From Candidatus Sumerlaeaceae bacterium (GTDB lineage Bacteria; Sumerlaeota; Sumerlaeia; Sumerlaeales; Sumerlaeaceae), in contig JBPCLP010000011.1 of assembly GCA_051003195.1 (NCBI GenBank), positions 64,001 to 128,000 of the forward strand: a DNA stretch of 64,000 nucleotides, in the 5' to 3' direction. Of this stretch, positions 30,126-39,673 are shown piece after piece. Under the pieces are notes generated by a model, which was not told the DNA's origin, did not search any database, and worked only from the letters and a program-made list of their open reading frames with translations. Position 1 is the stretch's first letter. Each line of letters starts with the position of its first letter. Made by a program: the position numbers and the translations under genes.

Positions 30126-31466
30126 ATGAGCAGGGTGCTGGTGCTTACAACCGAGCCGCTGCCTTTACCGGGAACTGCAACCACGGGCGCAGGGTTGCGT
30201 GCGTGGGGACTTGCTGAAGGTTTGCGCTCGGCGGGGATGGACGTGATAATAGGCACCCCGATCTATGGTGACGATGAGTCGCCGGCTCCCGACCCGGTGG
30301 TTTCTCACGTGCGGATTTTCCGACGCAATGCAATCGCAAAACTGCTGGATGAAGTGCATCCGGATGTGCTCGTTCTTCAACATTGGGGAATGGCGGCAGA
30401 GGTGCCGGAGCTTTCGATTCCGCTCGTGCTGGACCTGGCCGGTCCGCACCTCCTCGAGCGGAAATATTGGGGCAGCGCAAATCCGGAGCACGACTTGCAG
30501 GAAAAACTCTCGGCCATTCGCCGCGCTGATTTCATCACCTGCTCAGGTTATTATCAAAGACACTATTTCTATCCATACCTGGAGATGGCCGGCTACGACA
30601 CTGCCAGGTTTCCGGTTCCGGTGATTCCCTTTTCAGTGCCACCTGCGGCATCAGAGAAGCAACCCGCTGCCGCGAATCTTGCGGGGCCGACATTTGTTTA
30701 TGGCGGCGCTTTTCTCGCGTGGCAGGACCCGACCCGCGCCATCACATGGCTGCTGCAGGAAATGGACGACGTCGGCCGGGGACGCCTGCTCTTCTACGGA
30801 GGTTCTCACCCCGTGCTCGACGCATCGGCCGCTAAATTTACTGAACTCGTCGACATGCTTTCGAATCATCCACGCGTGGATATGCGCGGGTGGAAGCCGT
30901 TTGATGAATTGCTTCAGGAATATCGCGCGGAAGGTCACGTGGCACTGGACCTGATGACACGAAACCCAGAGCGCGAACTTGCGTTCACTACGCGCACGAT
31001 GATCTACCTGCATTGCGGTCTTCCAGTTATCTACAACGACTACTCGGAAGTGTCGCAGCTCATCCATAACGCAAAGGCCGGCTGGACGCTGGACCCCGAC
31101 GACGAACACGCCTTTCGAACTCTCGCGAAGCGAATTCTCAGCGGGAAAGAAGCCCTTGCGGAGCTTTCTGTGAACGCAGTTCAGTTATCCACCGAATACG
31201 ATTGGACGAAAACCGTGACGCCGTTGCTCGACTTCTGCACGATGCCGAAAATGCGCGAAGGCCGCGTTGAGTTCGCACTCGCCCATGAGATGAAACTACA
31301 CGATACGCTCAACGCGTCATCATCGGGCCGCAGAATTACACCCATGAGCCTTCTGGTCAAATACGTGCGGCCGGGTCGTCTCGCGGCACCGTTCCTGTAT
31401 CTTGCGACGTGGCCGATCTCGCTGTACATCCGGCTTCGACTCCATGCAAGCTCGCGCCATTCCTGA
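30126..31466 (+). CDS. GT-B (GT4-like) glycosyltransferase
   Basis: GAGLRAW..A..L, YLHCGLPVI motifs. Confidence 0.75.
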   Translation: MSRVLVLTTEPLPLPGTATTGAGLRAWGLAEGLRSAGMDVIIGTPIYGDDESPAPDPVVSHVRIFRRNAIAKLLDEVHPDVLVLQHWGMAAEVPELSIPLVLDLAGPHLLERKYWGSANPEHDLQEKLSAIRRADFITCSGYYQRHYFYPYLEMAGYDTARFPVPVIPFSVPPAASEKQPAAANLAGPTFVYGGAFLAWQDPTRAITWLLQEMDDVGRGRLLFYGGSHPVLDASAAKFTELVDMLSNHPRVDMRGWKPFDELLQEYRAEGHVALDLMTRNPERELAFTTRTMIYLHCGLPVIYNDYSEVSQLIHNAKAGWTLDPDDEHAFRTLAKRILSGKEALAELSVNAVQLSTEYDWTKTVTPLLDFCTMPKMREGRVEFALAHEMKLHDTLNASSSGRRITPMSLLVKYVRPGRLAAPFLYLATWPISLYIRLRLHASSRHS

Positions 31467-31469
31467 ATA

Positions 31470-33599
31470 ATGCCGAACCAGAAATCGCCGCTGTTATTGA
31501 TCGCCTGCGCCGTGGCTTGCTTGTTTCTGCTCCTCGTGGCTCTGCGGCACGAGGCGTCGAAGCCAGTTCAGGATTTTTCGGAAGAACGCATTTCTGACGA
31601 GGAGATGGAAGATTCGGGCGGAGCTGGCACGTCGACGAAGATTACTCGTGTTGCTAAAATAGAAGCGCCGCCAGTCGTTAAAAATCGAAAACCGCCGCAG
31701 GAGTTCCTGGCGCAGAAGGTTGAGAACTTTGAGGCGGAACAGAAACGCGCATTTGGAGATTCATTTGTAGGTGGAAAAGTGCGGGATGATCGCAACGAAG
31801 GTATTCCGGGCGCGCGTGTTCTGCTGTACGAAAACGACCCAAATACCACAAACCCGCCGCTACGCGAAGCGACTGCCGACCAGGATGGCTCGTTTACTCT
31901 CACGCAACTGCACGACGGCGACAGGCAGTTTATCGTAGTTGCCCGCGCGGATGGCTATGCCCCGGAAGCGCAGCGGGTTCGAATTGCGGGCGCTCCCACG
32001 GAACTGGATATCACCCTCGTTCGGCCCGTCACGCTCGGCGGCAAAGTGCTTAACGCCATAACCAGCGAGCCTCTCGCCGGCGTCACCGTGATTCATCCTA
32101 ATGATAATGACGAGGTTTTTGGAGTGCTCGGCTCTATTAACACTGGTCCCGGCGGGACTTTTGTTTTTGAGGAATGTCACCCCGGGCGTGTAATTACACG
32201 TGTCAGCACGCCGGGCTTTCGCACCACCACGGTCCGACTTCGGGCACCGACTACGACCGCTACCATCCTGCTAATGCCCGGTGGGTCAACCGTTCGCGGG
32301 GTCACGGTCGACCGCCTCACCAGCAAGCCGCAGTCCGGGGCTCGTGTATGGCTTGAGACAGATAACTCCGGTGGAAACCGACAGTTTCGCGACTCGAAGA
32401 TGAGTGCAGACGACGGAAAGTTCGAGTTCAAGGATCTCCCGGCTGGAAGCTACCGTATATACGCCATTCGCGGAATGCGATCCGAGCGGCAGGAGTTCGA
32501 GCTGGGGGACAATGAAACCAGGGATGGCATTTCAATCACACTGCCGGCGGACCTGTTCGTGAGTGGCAAAGTTGTGGATGCAAATGAAGGCAAGGTGCTG
32601 CCCGGCGTGCGTATCTGGTACCGTGCACCTTCGGGAAACAACTCGGTGCTTAGCGATAAAGACGGGCTGTTTGCGTTCGATACCATGGCGGTCAACAGCT
32701 ACACCATCCAGGTTCACGAGAAAGGCTACCTGCCTGTTCTGGAGAAGAAAACAACGGGCGTTGTGGAGTCCATAACTCGACGCGTGCCGCAGAATTCGTC
32801 CTCCGACAGCTTTGTCCTTCGACTGCGTCCCGTTCCTGCGATCACCGGTATCGTGACGAGTCGCCGCCGGGAAGATTCTCCGAAACAGCCGGTGTGGAAC
32901 GCCGATGTTTCGGTCGACTACCTCATAGGCGAGGATCACGAAAAGATCGTAACGAAGTCGGGACCCAAAGGTGATTTCTTTGTGAACCTGCCGATCAAAC
33001 GCCGCGGCGATGCCAAGATAATCGCTTATAAAAACAATGCCATCGACGCGGCCAGCATCAAGGTGCCAAGCCGAAAGCCCATAGAACTGAACCTGAAACG
33101 CAACATGCTGTTCGGTAGCCTTGTTCTTTCGGACCAGAGCGCACTGGATGGCATCAAGGTCGCAGTCTCACATTTCCTTCCGGAAAAGAGCGAGCGCCCG
33201 CTGGTTCTCCATGAACGGGATTTCTATACCGGTTTTGGCGGACGCTTTTCTGTGCCGATGCCCGAGAAGCAGAAAGTGCAGTTAACTTTCTTTCTACCAG
33301 ATAGCATACTAATTCCGAAAACCTATCAGACAGACAATTTACTGAACCGGCGAAGCACGTTCATCTACGATCCGATTACCAATGATGTGCTGCTGGACAG
33401 CGGTGGCCAGGCACGCAATCGCGGCAGAGGTCCCGGGCAGGGACAAGGACAGGACCGCGAACGTGGAAGACCCGGCAATTCTGATCGAGGGCAGGGCCGT
33501 CCTGGCAACGGAGATGGCGGAACTCGACCCGGTCGTGATGGCCGTCCCGGTGGCGGTCAGGGCGGTGGCGGTGGTGGCGGGCAAAAGCAGAATAAGTAA
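31470..33599 (+). CDS. Membrane-anchored carboxypeptidase-regulatory-like repeat protein with Gly/Arg-rich tail
   Basis: N-terminal TM; repeated GKVxD..G.PIPGA.V. Confidence 0.75.
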   Translation: MPNQKSPLLLIACAVACLFLLLVALRHEASKPVQDFSEERISDEEMEDSGGAGTSTKITRVAKIEAPPVVKNRKPPQEFLAQKVENFEAEQKRAFGDSFVGGKVRDDRNEGIPGARVLLYENDPNTTNPPLREATADQDGSFTLTQLHDGDRQFIVVARADGYAPEAQRVRIAGAPTELDITLVRPVTLGGKVLNAITSEPLAGVTVIHPNDNDEVFGVLGSINTGPGGTFVFEECHPGRVITRVSTPGFRTTTVRLRAPTTTATILLMPGGSTVRGVTVDRLTSKPQSGARVWLETDNSGGNRQFRDSKMSADDGKFEFKDLPAGSYRIYAIRGMRSERQEFELGDNETRDGISITLPADLFVSGKVVDANEGKVLPGVRIWYRAPSGNNSVLSDKDGLFAFDTMAVNSYTIQVHEKGYLPVLEKKTTGVVESITRRVPQNSSSDSFVLRLRPVPAITGIVTSRRREDSPKQPVWNADVSVDYLIGEDHEKIVTKSGPKGDFFVNLPIKRRGDAKIIAYKNNAIDAASIKVPSRKPIELNLKRNMLFGSLVLSDQSALDGIKVAVSHFLPEKSERPLVLHERDFYTGFGGRFSVPMPEKQKVQLTFFLPDSILIPKTYQTDNLLNRRSTFIYDPITNDVLLDSGGQARNRGRGPGQGQGQDRERGRPGNSDRGQGRPGNGDGGTRPGRDGRPGGGQGGGGGGGQKQNK

Positions 33600-33608
33600 A
33601 CTGGATTT

Positions 33609-34103
33609 TTAGACAATTCTCTCCAATAGCACCACCGCCATTGCTGCAATTCCCTCTTCGCGACCGACGAATCCGAGCTTTTCCATCGTAGTGGCTTTGA
33701 GCCCGACACAATTGTCAGGGATTCCCAGTACGGACCCAATGTTCCTGATCATGGCCGGCACGTACGGCAAAATTTTAGGGCGTTCAGCAAGGACCGTAGC
33801 GTCGATGTTTGAAATCCTGTAGCCGCGGTTACGCGCGATGTCAGATGCGCCGCGCAAAAAAACGGTGCTGTCGCAATCGCGCCAGCGTTCATCGGTATTC
33901 GGGAAATGCTTGCCGATATCCCCCTCTGCGAGCGCGCCAAGTATCGCATCCGTGATCGCGTGAAGTACGACGTCCGCATCGGAATGCCCATCCAGTCCTT
34001 TGATGAACGGGATTTCGACTCCGCCCAGTACCAGCCGCCTGCCGGCAACGAGTGCATGTACATCGAACCCGTTTCCCACCCTGACCGCCGGCTGTAAATT
34101 CAC
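33609..34103 (-). CDS. ispF: 2-C-methyl-D-erythritol 2,4-cyclodiphosphate synthase
   Basis: GFDVH, GHSDADV, GDIGKHFP, KATTMEKLGF. Confidence 0.96.
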   Translation of the reverse strand: MNLQPAVRVGNGFDVHALVAGRRLVLGGVEIPFIKGLDGHSDADVVLHAITDAILGALAEGDIGKHFPNTDERWRDCDSTVFLRGASDIARNRGYRISNIDATVLAERPKILPYVPAMIRNIGSVLGIPDNCVGLKATTMEKLGFVGREEGIAAMAVVLLERIV

Positions 34104-34801
34104 TTGCCAAGCACCTCGTGATCCACGGCGAGCGCACCGGCCACAAGCCAGTCGTCGGGTAACGTGAGTTTCAGGTTGCTGCGCGATCCCTCGACTATTC
34201 GGACGGTGCGACCAAGGTGCTCGAGCGCGCTCGCATCATCGCTGACGTCAACCTTGTCGGCATCACAGCGCTCCAGTGCTTCCACGAGCAGAGGCTTGCG
34301 GAAGATCTGCGGCGTCTGCGCAGCCCACAATTCATCGCGCGGCACCGTTTCACGAACGGCTCCACATTCTGCGCGCTTGATGCTGTCCGTTACTGGTAGC
34401 GCAAAAATCGCAGCACCGTCTACACGTGCGAATTCCAGCGCTTCTTCAAAATTCGGCGGCGGAAACGGCCGCGCACCGTCGTGTATGGCGACGTACTCCG
34501 AGTCAGCACTCAGTGCGCTTACGCCCGCCAGTACCGAATCCTGGCGCCGTCTTCCCCCGGTTACACAATGAACATTGTGCGCGAATGTACGCTGCGACAA
34601 CAGCTGTGTCGCGGTCTTCAGGTGAACCGCAGGCACAACCACAACAATTTCGGAGACAGAATCCTGCTGATCAAAGAATTCGACCGACCACAAAAACAGT
34701 GGCACATCCCTCAGGGGGCGAAATTGTTTCGGTATTTCGCCCCCACCCATGCGCGCACCTGCGCCGCCGGCGACGATGACAACCCCGCAATCCGCGCTCA
34801 T
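34100..34801 (-). CDS. ispD: 2-C-methyl-D-erythritol 4-phosphate cytidylyltransferase
   Basis: AGGAGARM, PKQF, RQDSV, HDGARP, QTPQ. Confidence 0.95.
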   Translation of the reverse strand: MSADCGVVIVAGGAGARMGGGEIPKQFRPLRDVPLFLWSVEFFDQQDSVSEIVVVVPAVHLKTATQLLSQRTFAHNVHCVTGGRRRQDSVLAGVSALSADSEYVAIHDGARPFPPPNFEEALEFARVDGAAIFALPVTDSIKRAECGAVRETVPRDELWAAQTPQIFRKPLLVEALERCDADKVDVSDDASALEHLGRTVRIVEGSRSNLKLTLPDDWLVAGALAVDHEVLGK

Positions 34802-34834
34802 TTATTACTCTCCGACAGAATTGAATCTTAGCCA

Positions 34835-35263
34835 GTGCAGGCTGATCCTTGTGACAGGGCAAATCGCCTGCTTTGGCTGGCAGGGTCGGTGTGGACGCTG
34901 CCAAACACATTGCTGGGCGTTGTGCTTGGTTTGTTGAACGGTACAATTCCACAATTCGAAGCCGGTGCAGTCAACTTCTACATGCGGCGCGGAATGGTGG
35001 GACTCGTTTGCAACAAACTTGGCATTTCGGCGTTCACCGTTGGAGACTGCGTTTTGTATTCGGCGGATCCAACCCCAAACCTGCGAGTGCACGAAGGCCG
35101 CCACATCGCGCAGTATCATGCGCTTGGCCTGCTGTTCCTGCCCGCCTACTTTCTTCTTCTGGCTTTCTTTGGCTACGAGGAGCATCCGCTGGAACAAGAC
35201 GCGCGACTTCATGAGCGAACGGTATGTGGGTGCGAAGGGCCAAGCCGACTGAGGGCGAAGTGA
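34835..35263 (+). CDS. Small membrane protein with HExxH motif
   Basis: AFTVGDCV...VHEGRHIAQY...HPLEQDA; start uncertain. Confidence 0.65.
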   Translation: MQADPCDRANRLLWLAGSVWTLPNTLLGVVLGLLNGTIPQFEAGAVNFYMRRGMVGLVCNKLGISAFTVGDCVLYSADPTPNLRVHEGRHIAQYHALGLLFLPAYFLLLAFFGYEEHPLEQDARLHERTVCGCEGPSRLRAK

Positions 35264-35283
35264 GAAGTATTTCATTACAAAGT

Positions 35284-35362
35284 CACGGACACAGAGGGGC
35301 TTTCCAGAGATGTTTGCCTCCTGGTAAAACTTCTGTGTCTCTGTCCTCTGTGCCTCTGTGGC
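35284..35362. repeat. CACAGAG/CTCTGTG-type palindromic repeat
   Basis: GGACACAGAGG...CTGTGTCTCTGTCCTCTGTGCCTCTGTGG between convergent genes. Confidence 0.55.
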
Positions 35363-35375
35363 TCACTAGCAAACT

Positions 35376-38219
35376 TCATCCCTTCAGCATGGTTGCCAGC
35401 TTCTTCAGTCCGGCGTCCACATTGTTGCCAAGGTTGATCAGCGCCGCCCTGCGCTCGTGGTTGTCCAGCGCACGAAAATCGCCGATCGCCTGGCTCTGGA
35501 TGAGTGCGCCGAAGCTTGTCCCCTCTCCCGGAATGTCCACGTCCAGTTTCGGCTGCGACATGATGACGAAGAACACACCCGTGTTCGGTCCGCCCTTATG
35601 CAGCTGACCTGTCGAGTGCAGATAGCGCGGCCCAAATCCCAACGTGGTAGCGTGCTTCGTGAATTTTAGCAATCCCGCGCGTAACATGGCAAGCCGCTGC
35701 TGGTTCTCATCCGCCGCCGGCAAAAACGCGGAGATGGTGATGTAGTCGCTGTTCCCGGTCGTGGCGGCAAGCCCCCGCAAAACTGAAACGGAATCTTTTC
35801 CGGCATTCTTTCTGAGCGCCGCCCGCGCCGCCTTGCTCAGCGTGACAGTAAATCCTCCCTCCTCAAGCGCTGGCTTAGGCAGTGGCACACGTTTCCTGGT
35901 CTTGTACTCCTTCAGAATCTCTCCCGTGATCTGCTTGCTCTCGGAGACATTCGGCTCATCAAACGGGTTAATTCCAAGCAGGGCGCCCGCCGTTGCAGTG
36001 GCCACCTCCCAGCGATAAAACTCCGCGCCTAGATTGATGGCGTCCCCCACCCGAATCCGGATCACCGGCGCACCCGCCTTCTCCAGCACAGCGAGATCAA
36101 TCTGCACGGGATCTTGCGCAAGCTCAATGCTGACGAACACGCGGTCGTTGCCATAGGTGTCAGCCGCAACAACCGGCTCCAGGTCCACCGGCAGAATTCC
36201 TTTACCCTCCTTGCCGGTGCTTTCCGCGACAAGCTGCTCGATCCACGACCCGAGCGAAGCGAGCTGCGGTGACGTGATCAGCGTCATCTTGTTCCGCCCG
36301 CTTTTGGCAAGCACGCCCAGCGCCGCCCCGAGGCGAATCCCTGGATCCAGCGCCGCATTCATCATTGTCCTGCCATCGCGCGAAAACGCGACTGCGCGCT
36401 CCAGCAACGTCTTTACGTCCATGCCGATCATCGCCATCGGCACCAGTCCAAACAGAGAAAGGGCGCTATATCGCCCGCCAATGTCCGCCGGATTTTCAAA
36501 CGTCTTACGGAACTTCTTCTCTTTCGCCAGTTTCCCAAGCGAAGTTCCCGGGTCGGTAATGGCAATGAAGTTACCGCCGGGCTGCGCCACGCCTGCCTCC
36601 TCAAGTTTCTTCCAGAAGTATTTGAACAGGCTCATCGTTTCAATGGTGCCGCCGCTCTTGCTCGCCGCAATAAAGAGCGAGCGCTTCACGTCCATTGCTC
36701 CAGTCGCCGCGGCAATATGTTCCGGCGACGTCGTATCCAGCACGATCAACTGCGGATAACCCTGTTTTGAACCAAACACTTCCGCGCAGACTTCCGGGCA
36801 CAGGCTGCTGCCACCCATTCCCAGCAGAACCACTTGCTTGAAACCTGCCTTCTTCACCTCGGCTGCAAACGACGTTAGCTCCGCGGTACGCGCCTGCATC
36901 TTCTCAGGAACGTCAATCCAGCCGAGGCGGTTTGCGACGCTGTCATGTTGTGCCGCATCCTTCGCGAACAGCGCCACGTCCTTGCCGTACAGCCGCGGAC
37001 CAAACCGCGCCTCGCTCATGCTCTCCAGCACCGCCGATACCTGCTTACCCACGCTGCCAAGGTTTTCAGTCTGGCTTTCCGCCGGCCAGCCCACCAGCGC
37101 CGCGCGTTTCTGGCTGATTCCACCCAGCAGCTTGTCGAAGGGCTGGTTAAATTTCGTCACGCCTTCTTCCATGACCTGCCACGTGCTTCCCGTCAGGTCG
37201 ACTCCCAGCTTCTTCAGATCGCGAAGCACGGCACGCGCATCCTCCACCCCGTCCTCGATCGTGTTGCAGCGCACCACTCCCCTCGCCCGCCACGCATCGA
37301 TCGTCGCAAGCGGCATCGTGTTCACCGTGTCCTCACCGATCAACGGCGTCACATATACATCTTCCGCGTACAGCGAGTTCTTGCTGCTCGTGCTCGCCCA
37401 CAGCGGACGCTGCACCTTGGCACCGGCCCGCGCCAGCGCCTTCCATCGAGCACCCGAGAACGTCTCCTTGAAATCCTGGTAAGCCACCTTTGCGCACGCG
37501 ATCGCCGTCTTGCCCAGGTACTCCTGCGGCGCCGGCATACCTTTGGGCCGATTCTCCACGATCCGGTTCGCAATCAGCTTATCCACCAGCACGTCGATGC
37601 GGCTGACGAAGAAACTCGCCACCGACACAATCCCCTTTACCGGGAGCTTCGTCTTCACCCGCTGCTCGATCCCCGCGATATACGCCTCCATCACCTTCGC
37701 GTACGCATCCAGCGAGAAGATCAGCGTCACGTTCACGTTGATGCCGTCGGCGATGAGGCGCTTGATCGCGGGAATTCCAGCCGGCGTCGCCGGCACCTTG
37801 ATGAACACATTCTCCCGCCCGACGGCTTCCCACAACCGGTGCGCTTCCTCGATGGTGCCCTTCGTATCGAAAGCCAGATACGGCGAAACTTCCAGCGAGA
37901 TCAGCCCGTCGACCCCATTGCTGCTCTCAAACACCGGCTGCAGCACATCTGCCGCCTTCTGGATATCCGCAACCGCCAGCGCCTCGTAAATCTCCGCCGA
38001 GCTCATACCCCCCAGCGCCAGCTTTTTGATCTGGTCGTCGTACAGGTTACTCCCGCTGATCGCCTTCTGGAAAATGTCCGGGTTCGACGTCACGCCACGC
38101 AGCCCGTCTTCCCGGATCATCCGCTTCAGCGTGCCGTCCTGGATCATCTCCCGGCTGATCGTATCCATCCAAAAGCTCTGGCCGCACTCCAGCAACTGCT
38201 TTAGCGGGTTTTGTTTCAT
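35376..38219 (-). CDS. Bifunctional transaldolase/glucose-6-phosphate isomerase
   Basis: GVTSNPDIF, FIKVPAT, RPLWASTS (Tal); GMGGSS, SKSGGTIE, GGRYS, ESTGK (Pgi). Confidence 0.93.
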   Translation of the reverse strand: MKQNPLKQLLECGQSFWMDTISREMIQDGTLKRMIREDGLRGVTSNPDIFQKAISGSNLYDDQIKKLALGGMSSAEIYEALAVADIQKAADVLQPVFESSNGVDGLISLEVSPYLAFDTKGTIEEAHRLWEAVGRENVFIKVPATPAGIPAIKRLIADGINVNVTLIFSLDAYAKVMEAYIAGIEQRVKTKLPVKGIVSVASFFVSRIDVLVDKLIANRIVENRPKGMPAPQEYLGKTAIACAKVAYQDFKETFSGARWKALARAGAKVQRPLWASTSSKNSLYAEDVYVTPLIGEDTVNTMPLATIDAWRARGVVRCNTIEDGVEDARAVLRDLKKLGVDLTGSTWQVMEEGVTKFNQPFDKLLGGISQKRAALVGWPAESQTENLGSVGKQVSAVLESMSEARFGPRLYGKDVALFAKDAAQHDSVANRLGWIDVPEKMQARTAELTSFAAEVKKAGFKQVVLLGMGGSSLCPEVCAEVFGSKQGYPQLIVLDTTSPEHIAAATGAMDVKRSLFIAASKSGGTIETMSLFKYFWKKLEEAGVAQPGGNFIAITDPGTSLGKLAKEKKFRKTFENPADIGGRYSALSLFGLVPMAMIGMDVKTLLERAVAFSRDGRTMMNAALDPGIRLGAALGVLAKSGRNKMTLITSPQLASLGSWIEQLVAESTGKEGKGILPVDLEPVVAADTYGNDRVFVSIELAQDPVQIDLAVLEKAGAPVIRIRVGDAINLGAEFYRWEVATATAGALLGINPFDEPNVSESKQITGEILKEYKTRKRVPLPKPALEEGGFTVTLSKAARAALRKNAGKDSVSVLRGLAATTGNSDYITISAFLPAADENQQRLAMLRAGLLKFTKHATTLGFGPRYLHSTGQLHKGGPNTGVFFVIMSQPKLDVDIPGEGTSFGALIQSQAIGDFRALDNHERRAALINLGNNVDAGLKKLATMLKG

Positions 38220-38332
38220 AGGTTTTCGAAATCCTGGTTAGTTGTTTGCTAAGTTTGTTGTTGTGAAGGACATCTAATCGTCCGCTCCGGTTTCCAGCAG
38301 CGGTTCACAATAAGAGGGATTATACGTATTGG

Positions 38333-39673
38333 CTAGCTCGCGGGTTCATCCACCGGCGCGGGCTCCAGGCGCGGTACCAGCAGATGGATAATGAGTAGCG
38401 TAAACAGGTAGGCGCAGCTCGCCGCAACAAACATCGGGAAATATTGCCCGGTATTTTTCAGCACCCGGCCGACAGTCTCCGAGAAAGCCACGCCACCCAG
38501 TCCGCCCATCATTCCGCCGATGCCCACCACTGAGCCGACGGCGCGCCGCGGGAATGTATCCGACACCAGCGTGAACAGGTTTGCCGACCATCCCTGGTGC
38601 GCTGCCAGCGCCAGCGCGATCAGCCCGATCGCCACCCACTTGCTGTCGGTCATGGCCGCGTAGAAAACCGGCACCACGCATAGCGCGCAAACCAGCATGG
38701 CGGTCTTGCGCGCGCGATTCACGCTGAAACCATTCTTTATCAGTCGGGAAGACAGCCAACCGCCGCCAACGCTCCCAACATCCGCCGCAAGGTAGATAAC
38801 CACCAGGGGCAGGCTGACCTCGCGAAGCGTGACATTGAAGTTCGACTTCAAAAAGCTGGGCAGCCAGAAAAGAAAAAACCACCAGATAGGATCGGTCATC
38901 ATCTTTCCAAGCGCAAATGCCCACGTCTGACGGAAAGGAAACAGGCGACCCCAGGGGATCTGTTCGGAGCTGGCTTCAGGCGGATCGCTGTTTATATACG
39001 CGAGTTCAGCGGCGCTTAATTTTGGGTGTTCGGACGGTCTGCGATAAATGGCAACCCAGAAGACAACCAGAATTAATCCAATACCACCTGTTGCGATAAA
39101 CGCCCACTGCCATCCATAGGTGATTGCAAGCCAGGGCACCACCAGCGGTGCTGCTATCGCTCCAACATTCGAACCTGAATTAAAAACCCCGATTGCCAGT
39201 GCGCGCTCACGTTTGGGAAACCATTCCGCTACCGATTTAACCGCGGCCGGAAAGTTGCCCGCTTCAGTGATGCCGAGTCCGAAACGCGCAACGCCCCAGC
39301 TGAAGGCCGAACGCGCGCCGGCATGCGCCATGGCCGCGATGCTCCACAGACCAATCGCCAGCCCCAGACCGAGACGAGACCCGAACCGGTCCATCACGCG
39401 CCCCGCAAACAGCAGCCCCACAGCGTACGATAGCTGGAACGCCATGTTGATGCGTGCAAAATCCTGCTCGCTCCACTTAAACAGCACCTTCAGATCCGGA
39501 CCCAGGATGCTCAGGACCTGCCTGTCGATGTAGTTTACCGTCGTCGAGAAGAACAGTAGTGCGCAGATCACCCAGCGATACATCCCCACCTTGCGCCACA
39601 TGGTGGGGTCCGCATCGCGCCCGGCATCATTCAGTACGCCTGGCGTTACCTCGTTTACATTGGCAGCCGACAT
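38333..39673 (-). CDS. ExuT-like MFS hexuronate transporter
   Basis: NYIDRQ, EAGNFP, WFPKRERA, DPIWWF, HQGWSANL. Confidence 0.9.
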   Translation of the reverse strand: MSAANVNEVTPGVLNDAGRDADPTMWRKVGMYRWVICALLFFSTTVNYIDRQVLSILGPDLKVLFKWSEQDFARINMAFQLSYAVGLLFAGRVMDRFGSRLGLGLAIGLWSIAAMAHAGARSAFSWGVARFGLGITEAGNFPAAVKSVAEWFPKRERALAIGVFNSGSNVGAIAAPLVVPWLAITYGWQWAFIATGGIGLILVVFWVAIYRRPSEHPKLSAAELAYINSDPPEASSEQIPWGRLFPFRQTWAFALGKMMTDPIWWFFLFWLPSFLKSNFNVTLREVSLPLVVIYLAADVGSVGGGWLSSRLIKNGFSVNRARKTAMLVCALCVVPVFYAAMTDSKWVAIGLIALALAAHQGWSANLFTLVSDTFPRRAVGSVVGIGGMMGGLGGVAFSETVGRVLKNTGQYFPMFVAASCAYLFTLLIIHLLVPRLEPAPVDEPAS